The translations under genes and the position numbers were made by a program. DNA of 64,000 nucleotides. Origin: Escherichia phage vB-Eco-KMB23. Each line of letters opens with the position of its first letter. Position 1 is the stretch's first letter. Of this stretch, positions 1-9,505 are shown in pieces. The stretch lies in sequence record OR525702.1, one strand, 5' to 3'. The notes below the pieces were generated by a model. It was given only the letters and a program-made list of their open reading frames with translations, was not told the origin of the DNA and searched no databases.

Positions 1-73
1 ACCTGGTGCAGAAGATATTGTAAGTGTATATGCGAAAGTCGCATCTCGTTTCTAATTTTAAAGGTTAACACAA

Positions 74-1639
74 ATGACTATCAAAACTAAAGCTGAACTT
101 TTGAACAAATGGAAGCCATTACTGGAAGGTGAAGGTTTACCGGAAATTGCTAATAGCAAACAAGCGATTATCGCTAAAATCTTTGAAAACCAGGAAAAAG
201 ATTTCCAGACAGCTCCAGAATACAAAGACGAAAAAATCGCTCAGGCGTTCGGTTCTTTCTTAACAGAAGCTGAAATCGGTGGTGACCACGGTTACAACGC
301 TACTAACATCGCTGCTGGTCAGACTTCTGGCGCAGTAACTCAGATTGGCCCAGCTGTTATGGGTATGGTACGTCGTGCTATTCCTAACCTGATTGCTTTC
401 GATATTTGCGGTGTTCAGCCGATGAACAGCCCGACTGGCCAGGTATTCGCACTGCGTGCAGTATATGGTAAAGACCCAATCGCTGCTGGTGCTAAAGAAG
501 CATTCCACCCAATGTATGGTCCAGATGCAATGTTCTCTGGTCAGGGTGCTGCTAAGAAATTCCCAGCTCTGGCTGCTAGTACACAAACCGTTGTGGGTGA
601 TATCTATACTCACTTCTTCCAGGAAACTGGTACTGTGTATCTGCAAGCTTCCGCTGTAGTAACAATCGATGCTAGTGCTAACGATGCAACTAAACTGGAT
701 GCTGAAATTAAGAAACAAATGGAAGCTGGCGTACTGGTAGAAATCGCTGAAGGTATGGCTACTTCTATCGCTGAACTTCAGGAAGGTTTCAACGGTTCTA
801 CCGATAACCCATGGAATGAAATGGGCTTCCGTATCGATAAACAAGTTATTGAAGCTAAATCTCGTCAGCTGAAAGCTGCTTACTCTATCGAATTAGCACA
901 AGACCTCCGCGCTGTTCACGGTATGGATGCTGATGCTGAACTGTCTGGTATTCTGGCTACCGAAATCATGCTGGAAATCAACCGTGAAGTTGTTGATTGG
1001 ATTAACTACTCAGCTCAGGTTGGTAAATCTGGTATGACCCTGACTCCGGGTTCTAAAGCTGGTGTATTTGACTTCCAGGATCCGATTGATATTCGTGGTG
1101 CTCGCTGGGCGGGTGAATCCTTTAAAGCTCTGTTGTTCCAGATTGACAAAGAAGCAGTTGAAATTGCTCGTCAGACCGGTCGTGGTGAAGGTAACTTCAT
1201 TATCGCTTCCCGTAACGTAGTTAACGTTCTGGCTTCAGTTGATACTGGCATTTCTTATGCTGCACAGGGTCTGGCTACCGGCTTTAACACTGATACTACC
1301 AAGTCAGTATTTGCTGGTGTTCTGGGTGGTAAATACCGTGTATATATCGACCAGTATGCTAAACAGGATTATTTCACTGTAGGTTATAAAGGTCCGAACG
1401 AAATGGATGCTGGTATTTACTATGCTCCATATGTAGCTCTGACTCCGCTGCGTGGTTCCGATCCGAAGAACTTCCAACCGGTAATGGGATTCAAAACTCG
1501 TTACGGTATCGGTATCAACCCATTTGCGGAATCCGCTGCTCAGGCTCCGGCTTCTCGCATCCAGAGCGGTATGCCTTCTATTCTGAATAGCCTTGGTAAA
1601 AACGCTTACTTCCGCCGTGTATATGTTAAAGGTATCTAA
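74..1639 (+). CDS. 23: major capsid protein gp23 precursor (521 aa)
   Basis: Full ORF with ATG start; sequence and length match T4 gp23 (MTIKTKAELLNKWKPLLEGEGLPEIANSK...); strong hairpin terminator follows. Confidence 0.97.
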   Translation: MTIKTKAELLNKWKPLLEGEGLPEIANSKQAIIAKIFENQEKDFQTAPEYKDEKIAQAFGSFLTEAEIGGDHGYNATNIAAGQTSGAVTQIGPAVMGMVRRAIPNLIAFDICGVQPMNSPTGQVFALRAVYGKDPIAAGAKEAFHPMYGPDAMFSGQGAAKKFPALAASTQTVVGDIYTHFFQETGTVYLQASAVVTIDASANDATKLDAEIKKQMEAGVLVEIAEGMATSIAELQEGFNGSTDNPWNEMGFRIDKQVIEAKSRQLKAAYSIELAQDLRAVHGMDADAELSGILATEIMLEINREVVDWINYSAQVGKSGMTLTPGSKAGVFDFQDPIDIRGARWAGESFKALLFQIDKEAVEIARQTGRGEGNFIIASRNVVNVLASVDTGISYAAQGLATGFNTDTTKSVFAGVLGGKYRVYIDQYAKQDYFTVGYKGPNEMDAGIYYAPYVALTPLRGSDPKNFQPVMGFKTRYGIGINPFAESAAQAPASRIQSGMPSILNSLGKNAYFRRVYVKGI

Positions 1640-1654
1640 TCTTTGACGATTTAA

Positions 1655-1684
1655 GGGACCTTCGGGTCCCTTTAGTTGTTTTTA
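1655..1684 (+). terminator. intrinsic terminator after gene 23
   Basis: Hairpin GGGACC-TTCG-GGTCCC followed by T-rich run, directly after the gene 23 stop. Confidence 0.7.
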
Positions 1685-1687
1685 TGG

Positions 1688-1695
1688 TATAAATA
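1688..1695 (+). promoter_or_regulatory. T4-type late promoter (TATAAATA) for gene 24
   Basis: Exact TATAAATA about 28 bp upstream of the gene 24 ATG. Confidence 0.6.
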
Positions 1696-1722
1696 AATCA
1701 TATAAACCAAAAGGAAAGCGCA

Positions 1723-3006
1723 ATGGCTAAAATCAACGAACTTCTGCGCGAATCAACCACAACGAATAGCAACTCAATCGGTCGCCCAAATCTCGTTGCT
1801 TTGACTCGCGCTACCACTAAATTAATATATTCTGACATTGTAGCAACGCAAAGAACTAATCAACCTGTTGCTGCTTTTTATGGTATCAAATACCTTAACC
1901 CGGATAACGAATTTACATTTAAAACTGGTGCTACTTACGCTGGCGAAGCTGGATACGTAGACCGAGAACAAATCACAGAATTAACAGAAGAGTCTAAATT
2001 AACTCTCAATAAAGGCGATTTATTCAAATATAATAATATCGTTTATAAAGTATTAGAAAATACACCATTTGCTGATATTGAAGAAAGTGATTTAGAATTA
2101 GCTCTTCAGATTGCAATTGTTCTTTTAAAGGTTCGTCTATTTTCTGATGCTGCAGTAACAAGCAAATTTGAAAGCTCTGATAGTGAAATTGCGGATGCTA
2201 GATTCCAGATTAATAAATGGCAAACCGCAGTTAAATCTCGTAAACTTAAAACTGGCATCACAGTTGAATTAGCACAAGATTTAGAAGCAAACGGATTCGA
2301 TGCTCCTAATTTCTTGGAAGATTTGCTTGCAACTGAAATGGCGGATGAAATCAATAAAGATATTCTGCAGTCTTTGATTACAGTGTCAAAACGCTATAAA
2401 GTTACAGGAATTACTGATACTGGATTCATTGATTTGAGTTATGCATCTGCCCCTGAAGCTGGTCGTTCATTATACCGAATGGTGTGTGAAATGGTTTCAC
2501 ATATCCAGAAAGAATCAACTTATACAGCAACGTTCTGTGTTGCTTCAGCTCGTGCCGCTGCGATTCTTGCTGCATCAGGTTGGTTAAAACATAAACCGGA
2601 AGATGATAAATATCTTTCACAAAATGCCTACGGGTTCTTAGCTAATGGTTTACCGCTTTATTGCGATACCAACAGCCCATTAGATTATGTAATCGTTGGC
2701 GTAGTAGAAAATATCGGTGAAAAAGAAATTGTTGGATCAATTTTCTATGCTCCGTATACAGAAGGTCTTGACTTAGATGACCCTGAACATGTAGGTGCAT
2801 TTAAAGTTGTAGTTGATCCAGAAAGTTTGCAGCCATCTATCGGTTTATTAGTTAGATATGCTTTATCTGCAAATCCTTACACTGTAGCAAAAGATGAAAA
2901 AGAAGCAAGAATAATTGATGGTGGAGACATGGATAAAATGGCGGGTCGTTCAGATTTGTCTGTTTTATTAGGTGTTAAGCTACCAAAAATTATCATTGAT
3001 GAATAA
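1723..3006 (+). CDS. 24: head vertex protein gp24 (427 aa)
   Basis: Length and position after gene 23 as in T4; capsid-fold paralogue of gp23. Confidence 0.95.
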   Translation: MAKINELLRESTTTNSNSIGRPNLVALTRATTKLIYSDIVATQRTNQPVAAFYGIKYLNPDNEFTFKTGATYAGEAGYVDREQITELTEESKLTLNKGDLFKYNNIVYKVLENTPFADIEESDLELALQIAIVLLKVRLFSDAAVTSKFESSDSEIADARFQINKWQTAVKSRKLKTGITVELAQDLEANGFDAPNFLEDLLATEMADEINKDILQSLITVSKRYKVTGITDTGFIDLSYASAPEAGRSLYRMVCEMVSHIQKESTYTATFCVASARAAAILAASGWLKHKPEDDKYLSQNAYGFLANGLPLYCDTNSPLDYVIVGVVENIGEKEIVGSIFYAPYTEGLDLDDPEHVGAFKVVVDPESLQPSIGLLVRYALSANPYTVAKDEKEARIIDGGDMDKMAGRSDLSVLLGVKLPKIIIDE

Positions 3007-3011
3007 AACAA

Positions 3012-3036
3012 AGGGACCTTTCGGTCCCTTTTTATT
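3012..3036. terminator. bidirectional hairpin terminator between 24 (+) and rnlB (-)
   Basis: AGGGACC-TTTCG-GTCCCT hairpin flanked by an A-run upstream and T-run downstream, between convergent genes. Confidence 0.65.
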
Positions 3037-4040
3037 TAACTTACCAATTCAATCCAAGCCGGACGAAGTACATCTTGTACCATTTTAACTAATTCCTTTT
3101 TAATCAAAGAAGGATTATCCGCTTGAGTTAGAGTAATACCTTCACGAGAAGTTTCTTCCAAAATATCTTGAACAGTTAGTCCCATCACCTTTCCAAAATC
3201 TTTTGGACCAATTTCGCCAATTTTAGAAATAACGTTATTTACTCGGTTCAGTGTAACATAACAAGCTAAAATTCCCAGCAATTTATTATCAGCTTCTGAC
3301 AACTCAACTTTAGCTTTAATAGGCTTATCAGACTTTTTCTTTTCACTAAATTTAGAGTTCTTGCATTTGATGGCTACACGATTGCGATTAGGCAGCCAAG
3401 AAGGATAACAAGGTTTCAATACATATCCTTCAGCAGTAAATACTTCGCCTTTTGCTTCAGCATTCCAAACGCATTTATTTGCATCAACTAATCCAGCATG
3501 GTCTACTGTAAAATTATAATCTTGGACGACAGAATCTAAATCATTTGGCAATTTAATAAGTTCTTCAAATTTACCGCGACCTAAAAGTGGAGCCATTTTA
3601 AATTTAAATGTATTACAAAATGATTCCATCATATAATCATCGACATAAGTTACATCACCACTTTCTGTAGTAACAATAATGTCAAATACATAAAAATCTT
3701 TATCGCCATAATCGACATTCTTCTGAATGCCAGGTCCAGCGAATTCGCCAAAAACTTGATAAGATACAACCGCTGAAGTTTCCATAATATCTTGTACTGC
3801 TTTAATAGAATCAGCGTAATTCTTTAAAATAATTTCATACCCAAAGAAATCTTCAGCAGGAAGAATAGGACCAGTTCGTTTAGCACAAGTTACTTTATCA
3901 CGCTCAATAATCAATGAGAAATTTGTGCCATGAATCTTTTCACGAGCTACCCATTCGCCGCCAGTCAATCCTAAACTGTAAAGTTTTTCAATGAATTTAG
4001 AATTGTAATGATTTTCAAGACTGCTATACTTTTTAAACAT
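3036..4040 (-). CDS. rnlB: RNA ligase 2 (Rnl2, 334 aa)
   Basis: 334 aa; nucleotidyltransferase KxHGxN motif ([10 protein letters not shown]) near the N-terminus; position after gene 24 as in T4. Confidence 0.93.
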   Translation of the reverse strand: MFKKYSSLENHYNSKFIEKLYSLGLTGGEWVAREKIHGTNFSLIIERDKVTCAKRTGPILPAEDFFGYEIILKNYADSIKAVQDIMETSAVVSYQVFGEFAGPGIQKNVDYGDKDFYVFDIIVTTESGDVTYVDDYMMESFCNTFKFKMAPLLGRGKFEELIKLPNDLDSVVQDYNFTVDHAGLVDANKCVWNAEAKGEVFTAEGYVLKPCYPSWLPNRNRVAIKCKNSKFSEKKKSDKPIKAKVELSEADNKLLGILACYVTLNRVNNVISKIGEIGPKDFGKVMGLTVQDILEETSREGITLTQADNPSLIKKELVKMVQDVLRPAWIELVS

Positions 4041-4049
4041 AATTAATCC

Positions 4050-4328
4050 TCAAAATGTAATTTCTAACCAATCACCATCACGCTGATCACTATTGACTTT
4101 AAAGCTAAATCCTTCTTTTCTCAGCCAATCACCAATTTCTTCAGTAATCAATTTATCGCGAGCAGTACAATAATAACTAAAATATGTTTTACCTTGTTCA
4201 GCTGCTTTATTAGCAAGTTCCGAAAAATCTTTAATAAAACACTCTAGCTTAAACTGTTTACTTTTAAGTGCTTTTTCACGTAATTGATTAGCAAAAGATT
4301 CATTTTCATAAAGATCATACTGTTCCAT
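4050..4328 (-). CDS. hypothetical protein (T4 24.2 position)
   Basis: 92-aa ORF with ATG start in the T4 24.2 slot; tightly packed with neighbours. Confidence 0.6.
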   Translation of the reverse strand: MEQYDLYENESFANQLREKALKSKQFKLECFIKDFSELANKAAEQGKTYFSYYCTARDKLITEEIGDWLRKEGFSFKVNSDQRDGDWLEITF

Positions 4329-4530
4329 TTTTCACCTTTTTATTAATATGCCTTTTTCTATAGACAACTTTTTCTCGAGTTTCAAATTTATTCTTAGCAG
4401 TCATAGCTCGAGCCCATAATACAGCCACTTCCTTTGCCTGTAAGTTCAATTCACGAGCAATTTCAATGAATGACTTTCCAGACTCATGAAGAGTAAACAC
4501 CACAACCTCAGTTCTCATAATCAATCTCAT
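4315..4530 (-). CDS. hypothetical small protein with possible HTH (T4 24.3 position)
   Basis: 71-aa ORF; segment SFIEIARELNLQAKEVAVLWARA resembles a helix-turn-helix; alternative ATG at 4518. Confidence 0.5.
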   Translation of the reverse strand: MRLIMRTEVVVFTLHESGKSFIEIARELNLQAKEVAVLWARAMTAKNKFETREKVVYRKRHINKKVKNGTV

Positions 4531-4589
4531 GTTATCGAGTTGGTGCCATTATATACATCATTTTCTGAGTGTGTTTTGTGTGCTTTCAA

Positions 4590-4615
4590 AATGAAGAAAG
4601 GGGCCGAAGCCCCTT
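4590..4615 (-). terminator. intrinsic terminator downstream of hoc
   Basis: GGGGC-TTCG-GCCCC hairpin followed on the - strand by a T-rich run, just after the hoc stop. Confidence 0.6.
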
Positions 4616-4619
4616 ATGA

Positions 4620-6038
4620 TTATGGATAGGTATAGATGATACCAGTTTCTAAAGCAGTTTTATGAATGATGTATCCATTACGTGATTCTTGAACATCAAC
4701 TTCTGGATAGTCTTTCATCATCTTCTGAAGGGTGTAACGATGCAGGTAGTATTTACTATCTGGATCTTCAGTTTTCCAATCTTTACCTTCTTCGGTCATT
4801 TTTTGGATTTCATCCATAACCCACCAACCGCACCAGATATAAGCCGAAGTACGATGTGGAAGAGGATGAACATAAGGCAATTCACCTTCTGGTTCTGGAG
4901 CAACTTTATCAGTTACCTGAACTTGACCTTCTGCTGTGATAGTTTTGCTATCATAATCAGTAGCAGTAACAGTTGCAGTAACTTCAATAGTTTGACTTCC
5001 AATAGATGATGTATCAACAGTGTATACATTAGTTGACCCTTCTACTGGAGAAGAATCTTTCTTCCATGAATATTCGATTTGTGCTTCTTCTGGAGCATCC
5101 GTAACATTAGCAGTAAATGTAGCCGAAGCATCTTGCTGAACGTTAATAGAAGGAGGAGTCAATGTAACCTGTGGATTCATTGTCTTCTTATTAACTGTTA
5201 ATGATACTTCATTAGAAGTAACTGTTTTTGCGTCATAATCTGTTGCTGTTACTTGCGCTACGCATTTAATTCTTTTTACTCCACTTGTAGTTGGAGTATA
5301 GCTAAATGTAGCAGAAGTCGCTTCACCAATTTGAGAATCATCTACATACCACTGATACGTAGCAGATGCCCCATCAGGTTGAGAAGCTAAGGCAGCGGTA
5401 AATTCAACGGCTGTTCCAATCACTCCAGCTGGAGGACTATCAGGAGTTACTGCCAAGGTAGTCGTCTGCGTCTTTTTATTAACAGTCAATGATACTTCAT
5501 TAGAAGTAACGCTTAGTGCATCATAATCTGCCGCAGTTACTTGAGCTACACACTTGATTTTTTTAACTCCGCTTGTGTCAGGAGTGTAATTGAATGTAGC
5601 GTCAGTTGCTTCGTCTACAGGAGAACCGTCAACGTGCCATTGATACGTAGCGTTTGCACCTGATGGCTGTGAAGCTAAGGCAGCGGTAAATTGAACGGCT
5701 GTTCCGATTACTCCTTCCGGAGGACTAGCAGGAGTTACGGCTAATGTAGTTGTCTGTGTCTTATTTTGAACCGTGATAGTTGTCGTAGTTTCTGCTGTTT
5801 CAGGTTCAGATTCTGCAACTTGATTGGTTGCAACTACTTTAATAGTCTTTTGACCGGCAGGTCCTTTTAGTACATAACTAAAAGTTGCTGACGTTTCTTC
5901 CTGTGGAGCGTCGTCTACAGTCCAAGCATATGTAATAGGTCCATCTCCAGTTTGACCACTGGGTGTAGCAGTAAACTGCTGAGTCTGATCTATAACTCCA
6001 GTAGGTGTTTTAGGAGTTATATCAACTGTAAAAGCCAT
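4620..6038 (-). CDS. hoc: highly immunogenic outer capsid protein Hoc, expanded form (472 aa)
   Basis: Repeated Ig-like modules plus C-terminal capsid-binding region; T4 hoc position; about 96 aa longer than T4 Hoc as I recall it (376 aa). Confidence 0.88.
   Translation of the reverse strand: MAFTVDITPKTPTGVIDQTQQFTATPSGQTGDGPITYAWTVDDAPQEETSATFSYVLKGPAGQKTIKVVATNQVAESEPETAETTTTITVQNKTQTTTLAVTPASPPEGVIGTAVQFTAALASQPSGANATYQWHVDGSPVDEATDATFNYTPDTSGVKKIKCVAQVTAADYDALSVTSNEVSLTVNKKTQTTTLAVTPDSPPAGVIGTAVEFTAALASQPDGASATYQWYVDDSQIGEATSATFSYTPTTSGVKRIKCVAQVTATDYDAKTVTSNEVSLTVNKKTMNPQVTLTPPSINVQQDASATFTANVTDAPEEAQIEYSWKKDSSPVEGSTNVYTVDTSSIGSQTIEVTATVTATDYDSKTITAEGQVQVTDKVAPEPEGELPYVHPLPHRTSAYIWCGWWVMDEIQKMTEEGKDWKTEDPDSKYYLHRYTLQKMMKDYPEVDVQESRNGYIIHKTALETGIIYTYP
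5176..5763. repeat. tandem duplication (2 x 288 bp) inside hoc encoding two near-identical Ig-like domains
   Basis: Direct repeat with period 288 bp (e.g. TTATTAAC(T/A)GT(T/C)AATGATACTTCATTAGAAGTAAC at 5188 and 5476); encoded 96-aa units are roughly 85 percent identical. Confidence 0.85.
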
Positions 6039-6047
6039 AAGTTATCC

Positions 6048-6728
6048 TTATTTTAATGTTACGAAAGAAGAATTACGTGTTTCACGAATTAGAACTGATC
6101 CGTCGCGATTAATGTAATAAATTAAGCTAAATAAAGTTTGGTGTGCTGACGCATGCTCAAAACTAGTTGGGTGAGATTTCCAATCCGGAGTTTCAGCAAT
6201 CCACTGGTAAATCCACCAAGGAACAGTGCAGAATCCTGGATTTTTTCCAATCAGCTGAAGATTCGGACTAAAGTTTTCCGGAAGAGTAAATACAGACGGC
6301 TTCTCAGATTCAATAATCTCAGCTACAGCCTGTTCGAATTTTTCTTCAACAAAAGGAGTATCTTCAATCAAAACATCGGTATTTTCAGGAATTTTATCCG
6401 TTTCTACTACTTCAATTTTAATGTCAGATTTAACCGGAGAATCAATCAGAAGTGCTGCCTCTGGATTGACTTCTTCATCGTCATATTTTAATCCGTCTGC
6501 AGCATCAGCAGCATCAATTAAGTCTTTAATAGATAACCCATCAGTCTCTGGCATAGGTTCACTAGCGAGCTTCTGGAGGGCTTCTTCAATATCATTAACG
6601 ATATTATCAAAAGATTTATTCTTTTTGACTTTTATACCAAACTGTTCAGCATATTCAGCTAATTTAGCTTTAGCTTCTTTATTATCATCAAGAGCCTTCA
6701 GCTCTGCAATATAATCTTTATCTATCAT
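6048..6728 (-). CDS. inh: inhibitor of prohead protease Inh (226 aa)
   Basis: 226 aa, acidic; position between hoc and uvsW as in T4. Confidence 0.8.
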   Translation of the reverse strand: MIDKDYIAELKALDDNKEAKAKLAEYAEQFGIKVKKNKSFDNIVNDIEEALQKLASEPMPETDGLSIKDLIDAADAADGLKYDDEEVNPEAALLIDSPVKSDIKIEVVETDKIPENTDVLIEDTPFVEEKFEQAVAEIIESEKPSVFTLPENFSPNLQLIGKNPGFCTVPWWIYQWIAETPDWKSHPTSFEHASAHQTLFSLIYYINRDGSVLIRETRNSSFVTLK

Positions 6729-6778
6729 AATATTTCCTCAGTATAAATATAGATATATTTATTACATGGTATTTAGAC

Positions 6779-8290
6779 ATGACTGACATTAAAGTACATT
6801 TTTATGATTTTAGTCACGTGAGAATTGATTGTGAAGAAAGTACATTTCATGAACTCCGTGATTTCTTTAGCTTTGAAGCTGATGGGTATCGTTTTAATCC
6901 GAAGTACAAATATGGCCACTGGGATGGACGAATTCGTCTTTTAGATTATAATCGCCTTCTTCCATTCGGCTTAGTCGGGCAAATTAAAAAGTTCTGTGAT
7001 AACTTTGGCTATAAAGCCTGGATTGACCCACAAATTAACGAAAAAGAAGAATTATCAAGAAAAGATTTTGATGAATGGCTTTCTAAATTAGAAATCTATT
7101 CAGGAAATAAAAGAATTGAACCGCACTGGTATCAAAAAGATGCAGTGTTCGAAGGATTAGTTAATCGTCGTAGAATTCTTAATCTTCCAACATCCGCTGG
7201 TAAATCGTTAATTCAAGCTTTGCTTGCGCGATATTATTTGGAAAATTATGAAGGTAAAATTCTTATCATTGTTCCAACAACTGCCTTAACAACTCAGATG
7301 GCTGATGACTTTGTTGACTATCGTTTATTCAGTCATGCAATGATAAAGAAAATTGGTGGCGGAGCATCAAAAGATGATAAATATAAAAATGATGCACCGG
7401 TCGTTGTTGGTACATGGCAAACTGTAGTAAAACAACCAAAAGAATGGTTCTCACAGTTTGGAATGATGATGAATGATGAATGCCATCTTGCTACAGGAAA
7501 AAGTATTTCATCTATCATATCTGGTTTAAATAACTGCATGTTCAAATTCGGTTTGTCCGGTTCATTACGTGATGGCAAAGCTAATATCATGCAGTATGTT
7601 GGAATGTTTGGTGAAATATTTAAGCCAGTAACGACTTCTAAGTTAATGGAAGATGGACAAGTAACTGAGCTAAAAATTAATAGTATTTTTCTTCGCTATC
7701 CCGATGAGTTCACTACTAAATTAAAGGGAAAAACTTATCAAGAAGAAATAAAAATTATTACGGGGCTTAGTAAAAGAAATAAATGGATCGCTAAATTGGC
7801 TATTAAGCTTGCACAAAAAGATGAAAACGCTTTTGTCATGTTTAAACATGTATCACATGGTAAAGCTATTTTCGATTTAATTAAAAATGAATACGATAAA
7901 GTTTATTACGTATCAGGGGAAGTTGATACCGAAACCCGCAATATAATGAAAACCTTAGCTGAAAACGGTAAAGGAATAATTATAGTCGCTAGTTATGGTG
8001 TATTTTCTACTGGTATTTCAGTTAAAAATCTGCATCACGTTGTTTTAGCGCACGGTGTTAAATCAAAAATCATTGTATTACAAACAATCGGTCGTGTATT
8101 ACGTAAGCACGGTTCTAAGACAATAGCAACCGTCTGGGACCTCATCGATGATTGTGGTGTTAAGCCAAAATCTGCTAATACGAAAAAGAAATACGTTCAT
8201 TTGAACTATCTTTTAAAACATGGCATTGATCGTATTCAGCGCTACGCAGATGAAAAATTTAATTACGTAATGAAAACAGTTAATTTATAA
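6779..8290 (+). CDS. uvsW: UvsW DNA/RNA helicase (503 aa)
   Basis: SF2 helicase motifs: Walker A LPTSAGKS and DExH-like MMNDECH; T4 position and length. Confidence 0.95.
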   Translation: MTDIKVHFYDFSHVRIDCEESTFHELRDFFSFEADGYRFNPKYKYGHWDGRIRLLDYNRLLPFGLVGQIKKFCDNFGYKAWIDPQINEKEELSRKDFDEWLSKLEIYSGNKRIEPHWYQKDAVFEGLVNRRRILNLPTSAGKSLIQALLARYYLENYEGKILIIVPTTALTTQMADDFVDYRLFSHAMIKKIGGGASKDDKYKNDAPVVVGTWQTVVKQPKEWFSQFGMMMNDECHLATGKSISSIISGLNNCMFKFGLSGSLRDGKANIMQYVGMFGEIFKPVTTSKLMEDGQVTELKINSIFLRYPDEFTTKLKGKTYQEEIKIITGLSKRNKWIAKLAIKLAQKDENAFVMFKHVSHGKAIFDLIKNEYDKVYYVSGEVDTETRNIMKTLAENGKGIIIVASYGVFSTGISVKNLHHVVLAHGVKSKIIVLQTIGRVLRKHGSKTIATVWDLIDDCGVKPKSANTKKKYVHLNYLLKHGIDRIQRYADEKFNYVMKTVNL

Positions 8291-8315
8291 GGGCTTCGGC
8301 CCTTTGGAGAAAAAG

Positions 8316-8546
8316 ATGTTACTAGAATTTAAACAATTTCTTTATGAAGCTTCTATTGATGAATTTATGGGTAAAATTGCCTCTTGTCAAACAATAGAAG
8401 GTCTAGAAGAACTTGAAGCTTATTATAAGAAAAGAGTTAAAGAAACTGAATTAAAAGATACTGATGACATCTCTGTGAGAGATGCTTTGGCAGGAAAAAG
8501 AGCTGAATTAGAAGATTCAGACGATGAAGTAGAAGAAAGCTTTTAA
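8316..8546 (+). CDS. uvsW.1: UvsW.1 small acidic protein (76 aa)
   Basis: ORF track begins at TTG 8304; first ATG at 8316 gives 76 aa as in T4 UvsW.1. Confidence 0.7.
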   Translation: MLLEFKQFLYEASIDEFMGKIASCQTIEGLEELEAYYKKRVKETELKDTDDISVRDALAGKRAELEDSDDEVEESF

Positions 8547-8601
8547 ATTAAAAAAGGCCCAACCGAAAAGGAAGGGCCAAAACTATAGACTAAAGGTCAC
8601 A

Positions 8602-8769
8602 CTATAGCAAAAGTTGTGTTTCATTTAATTGTTCTTCCGAACTTTCTGAAACTGGTAGTTCTTTAATGTAATTATAACAAGGCCCAGGATGTACAGGACC
8701 TTTGTCTGTTTCAACAACCAATGCAGAATCGATTGGAGTTTTACAGACAACGCAAATCTTATCTGACAT
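8602..8769 (-). CDS. small Cys-containing protein (55 aa), uvsY.-1 position
   Basis: Below the ORF-track cutoff; hand translation MSDKICVVCKTPIDSALVVETDKGPVHPGPCYNYIKELPVSESSEEQLNETQLLL; ATG start, TAG stop; CxxC plus a downstream Cys. Confidence 0.45.
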   Translation of the reverse strand: MSDKICVVCKTPIDSALVVETDKGPVHPGPCYNYIKELPVSESSEEQLNETQLLL

Positions 8770-8797
8770 GATTGTCTCCTCTAAATTATATATCTAT

Positions 8798-9022
8798 TTA
8801 TATAACTCTCATATGCATATCAATGCCCATATCTTTAGAATAAAAATATTCATCAAGATATCCGGCAAATTTTCCTTTAACATAAAGTACATCTTCACCG
8901 CATGGGTGGTCGGCCAGGATACGAATATCCTGACGCTTAAGATTATACTTTTTCATTAAGAATTGAATTTCCGTTTCGAATTCTTCTTCATAATTAAAAG
9001 CATCATCAATGCTATATCTCAT
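8798..9022 (-). CDS. hypothetical protein (uvsY.-2 position, 74 aa)
   Basis: ORF whose stop overlaps the uvsY start region; T4 synteny. Confidence 0.6.
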   Translation of the reverse strand: MRYSIDDAFNYEEEFETEIQFLMKKYNLKRQDIRILADHPCGEDVLYVKGKFAGYLDEYFYSKDMGIDMHMRVI

Positions 9023-9435
9023 TATTTTCCAGCCTCAAATGCCCGCATGTCTTGAATATGCTTAATAGCAAATCCACGTGATTTAATAGCATCAAGAGCT
9101 CCGCTACAGAAATCTAATAAAATCCCCCAATACTGTAACGAGGTATCAACCTTTAAAACATCCTTATCAGCCGATAGAACTGTCTTCATTTCTGATTTCT
9201 CGTAACGATCCATACTAAATTCATCACCATCTCCTCGTCCCGAGTAGTAGTCTAATTTAGCTTTAAGAGCAACTTTTTTCTGTGCGTCAATTCTAAGCAT
9301 TTCCTTTTTAATACTTGAATGCTTATTGAGCCATTTACTATATAACATCACATTATTAGCTGCTTCATACTGTAATTTAGTCGAATCTATAAACACATCT
9401 TTCTTCAATTCTTCTTGAAGATCTTCTAATTTCAT
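9022..9435 (-). CDS. uvsY: UvsY recombination mediator (137 aa)
   Basis: Sequence and length match T4 UvsY (MKLEDLQEELKKDVFIDSTKLQYEAANNVMLYSKWL...). Confidence 0.95.
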   Translation of the reverse strand: MKLEDLQEELKKDVFIDSTKLQYEAANNVMLYSKWLNKHSSIKKEMLRIDAQKKVALKAKLDYYSGRGDGDEFSMDRYEKSEMKTVLSADKDVLKVDTSLQYWGILLDFCSGALDAIKSRGFAIKHIQDMRAFEAGK

Positions 9436-9469
9436 ATTGTTCTCTATTCAATTGTTATTGGATGGACTT

Positions 9470-9505
9470 AGATTCATTATACCACGTTTATACGTGAAGC
9501 ATTAT
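9470..9505 (-). promoter_or_regulatory. candidate MotA-dependent middle promoter for uvsY
   Basis: On the - strand: MotA-box-like AATGCTTCA, 13-nt spacer, then TATAAT; lies in the 3' end of gene 25. Confidence 0.45.

Noticed and set aside
260-844. 194-aa - strand ORF (and the 67-aa + strand ORF at 456..659) inside gene 23
   Set aside because: Lies entirely within the well-supported gp23 coding sequence on the opposite strand or in an alternative frame, with no independent start signal; typical shadow ORF.
2106-2620. Antisense ORFs inside gene 24 (2106..2354, 2426..2620)
   Set aside because: Embedded in gp24 on the opposite strand; no RBS or promoter; low-complexity translations.
4689-7590. 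Alternative-frame ORFs inside hoc, inh and uvsW (4689..5009, 6153..6491, 6421..6714, 7333..7590)
   Set aside because: Overlap confidently assigned genes on the opposite strand; no independent expression signals.
8702-8959. 85-aa + strand ORF in the uvsY.-1/uvsY.-2 region
   Set aside because: Antisense to two co-linear - strand ORFs that fit T4 synteny; translation is low-complexity Ile/Phe-rich.
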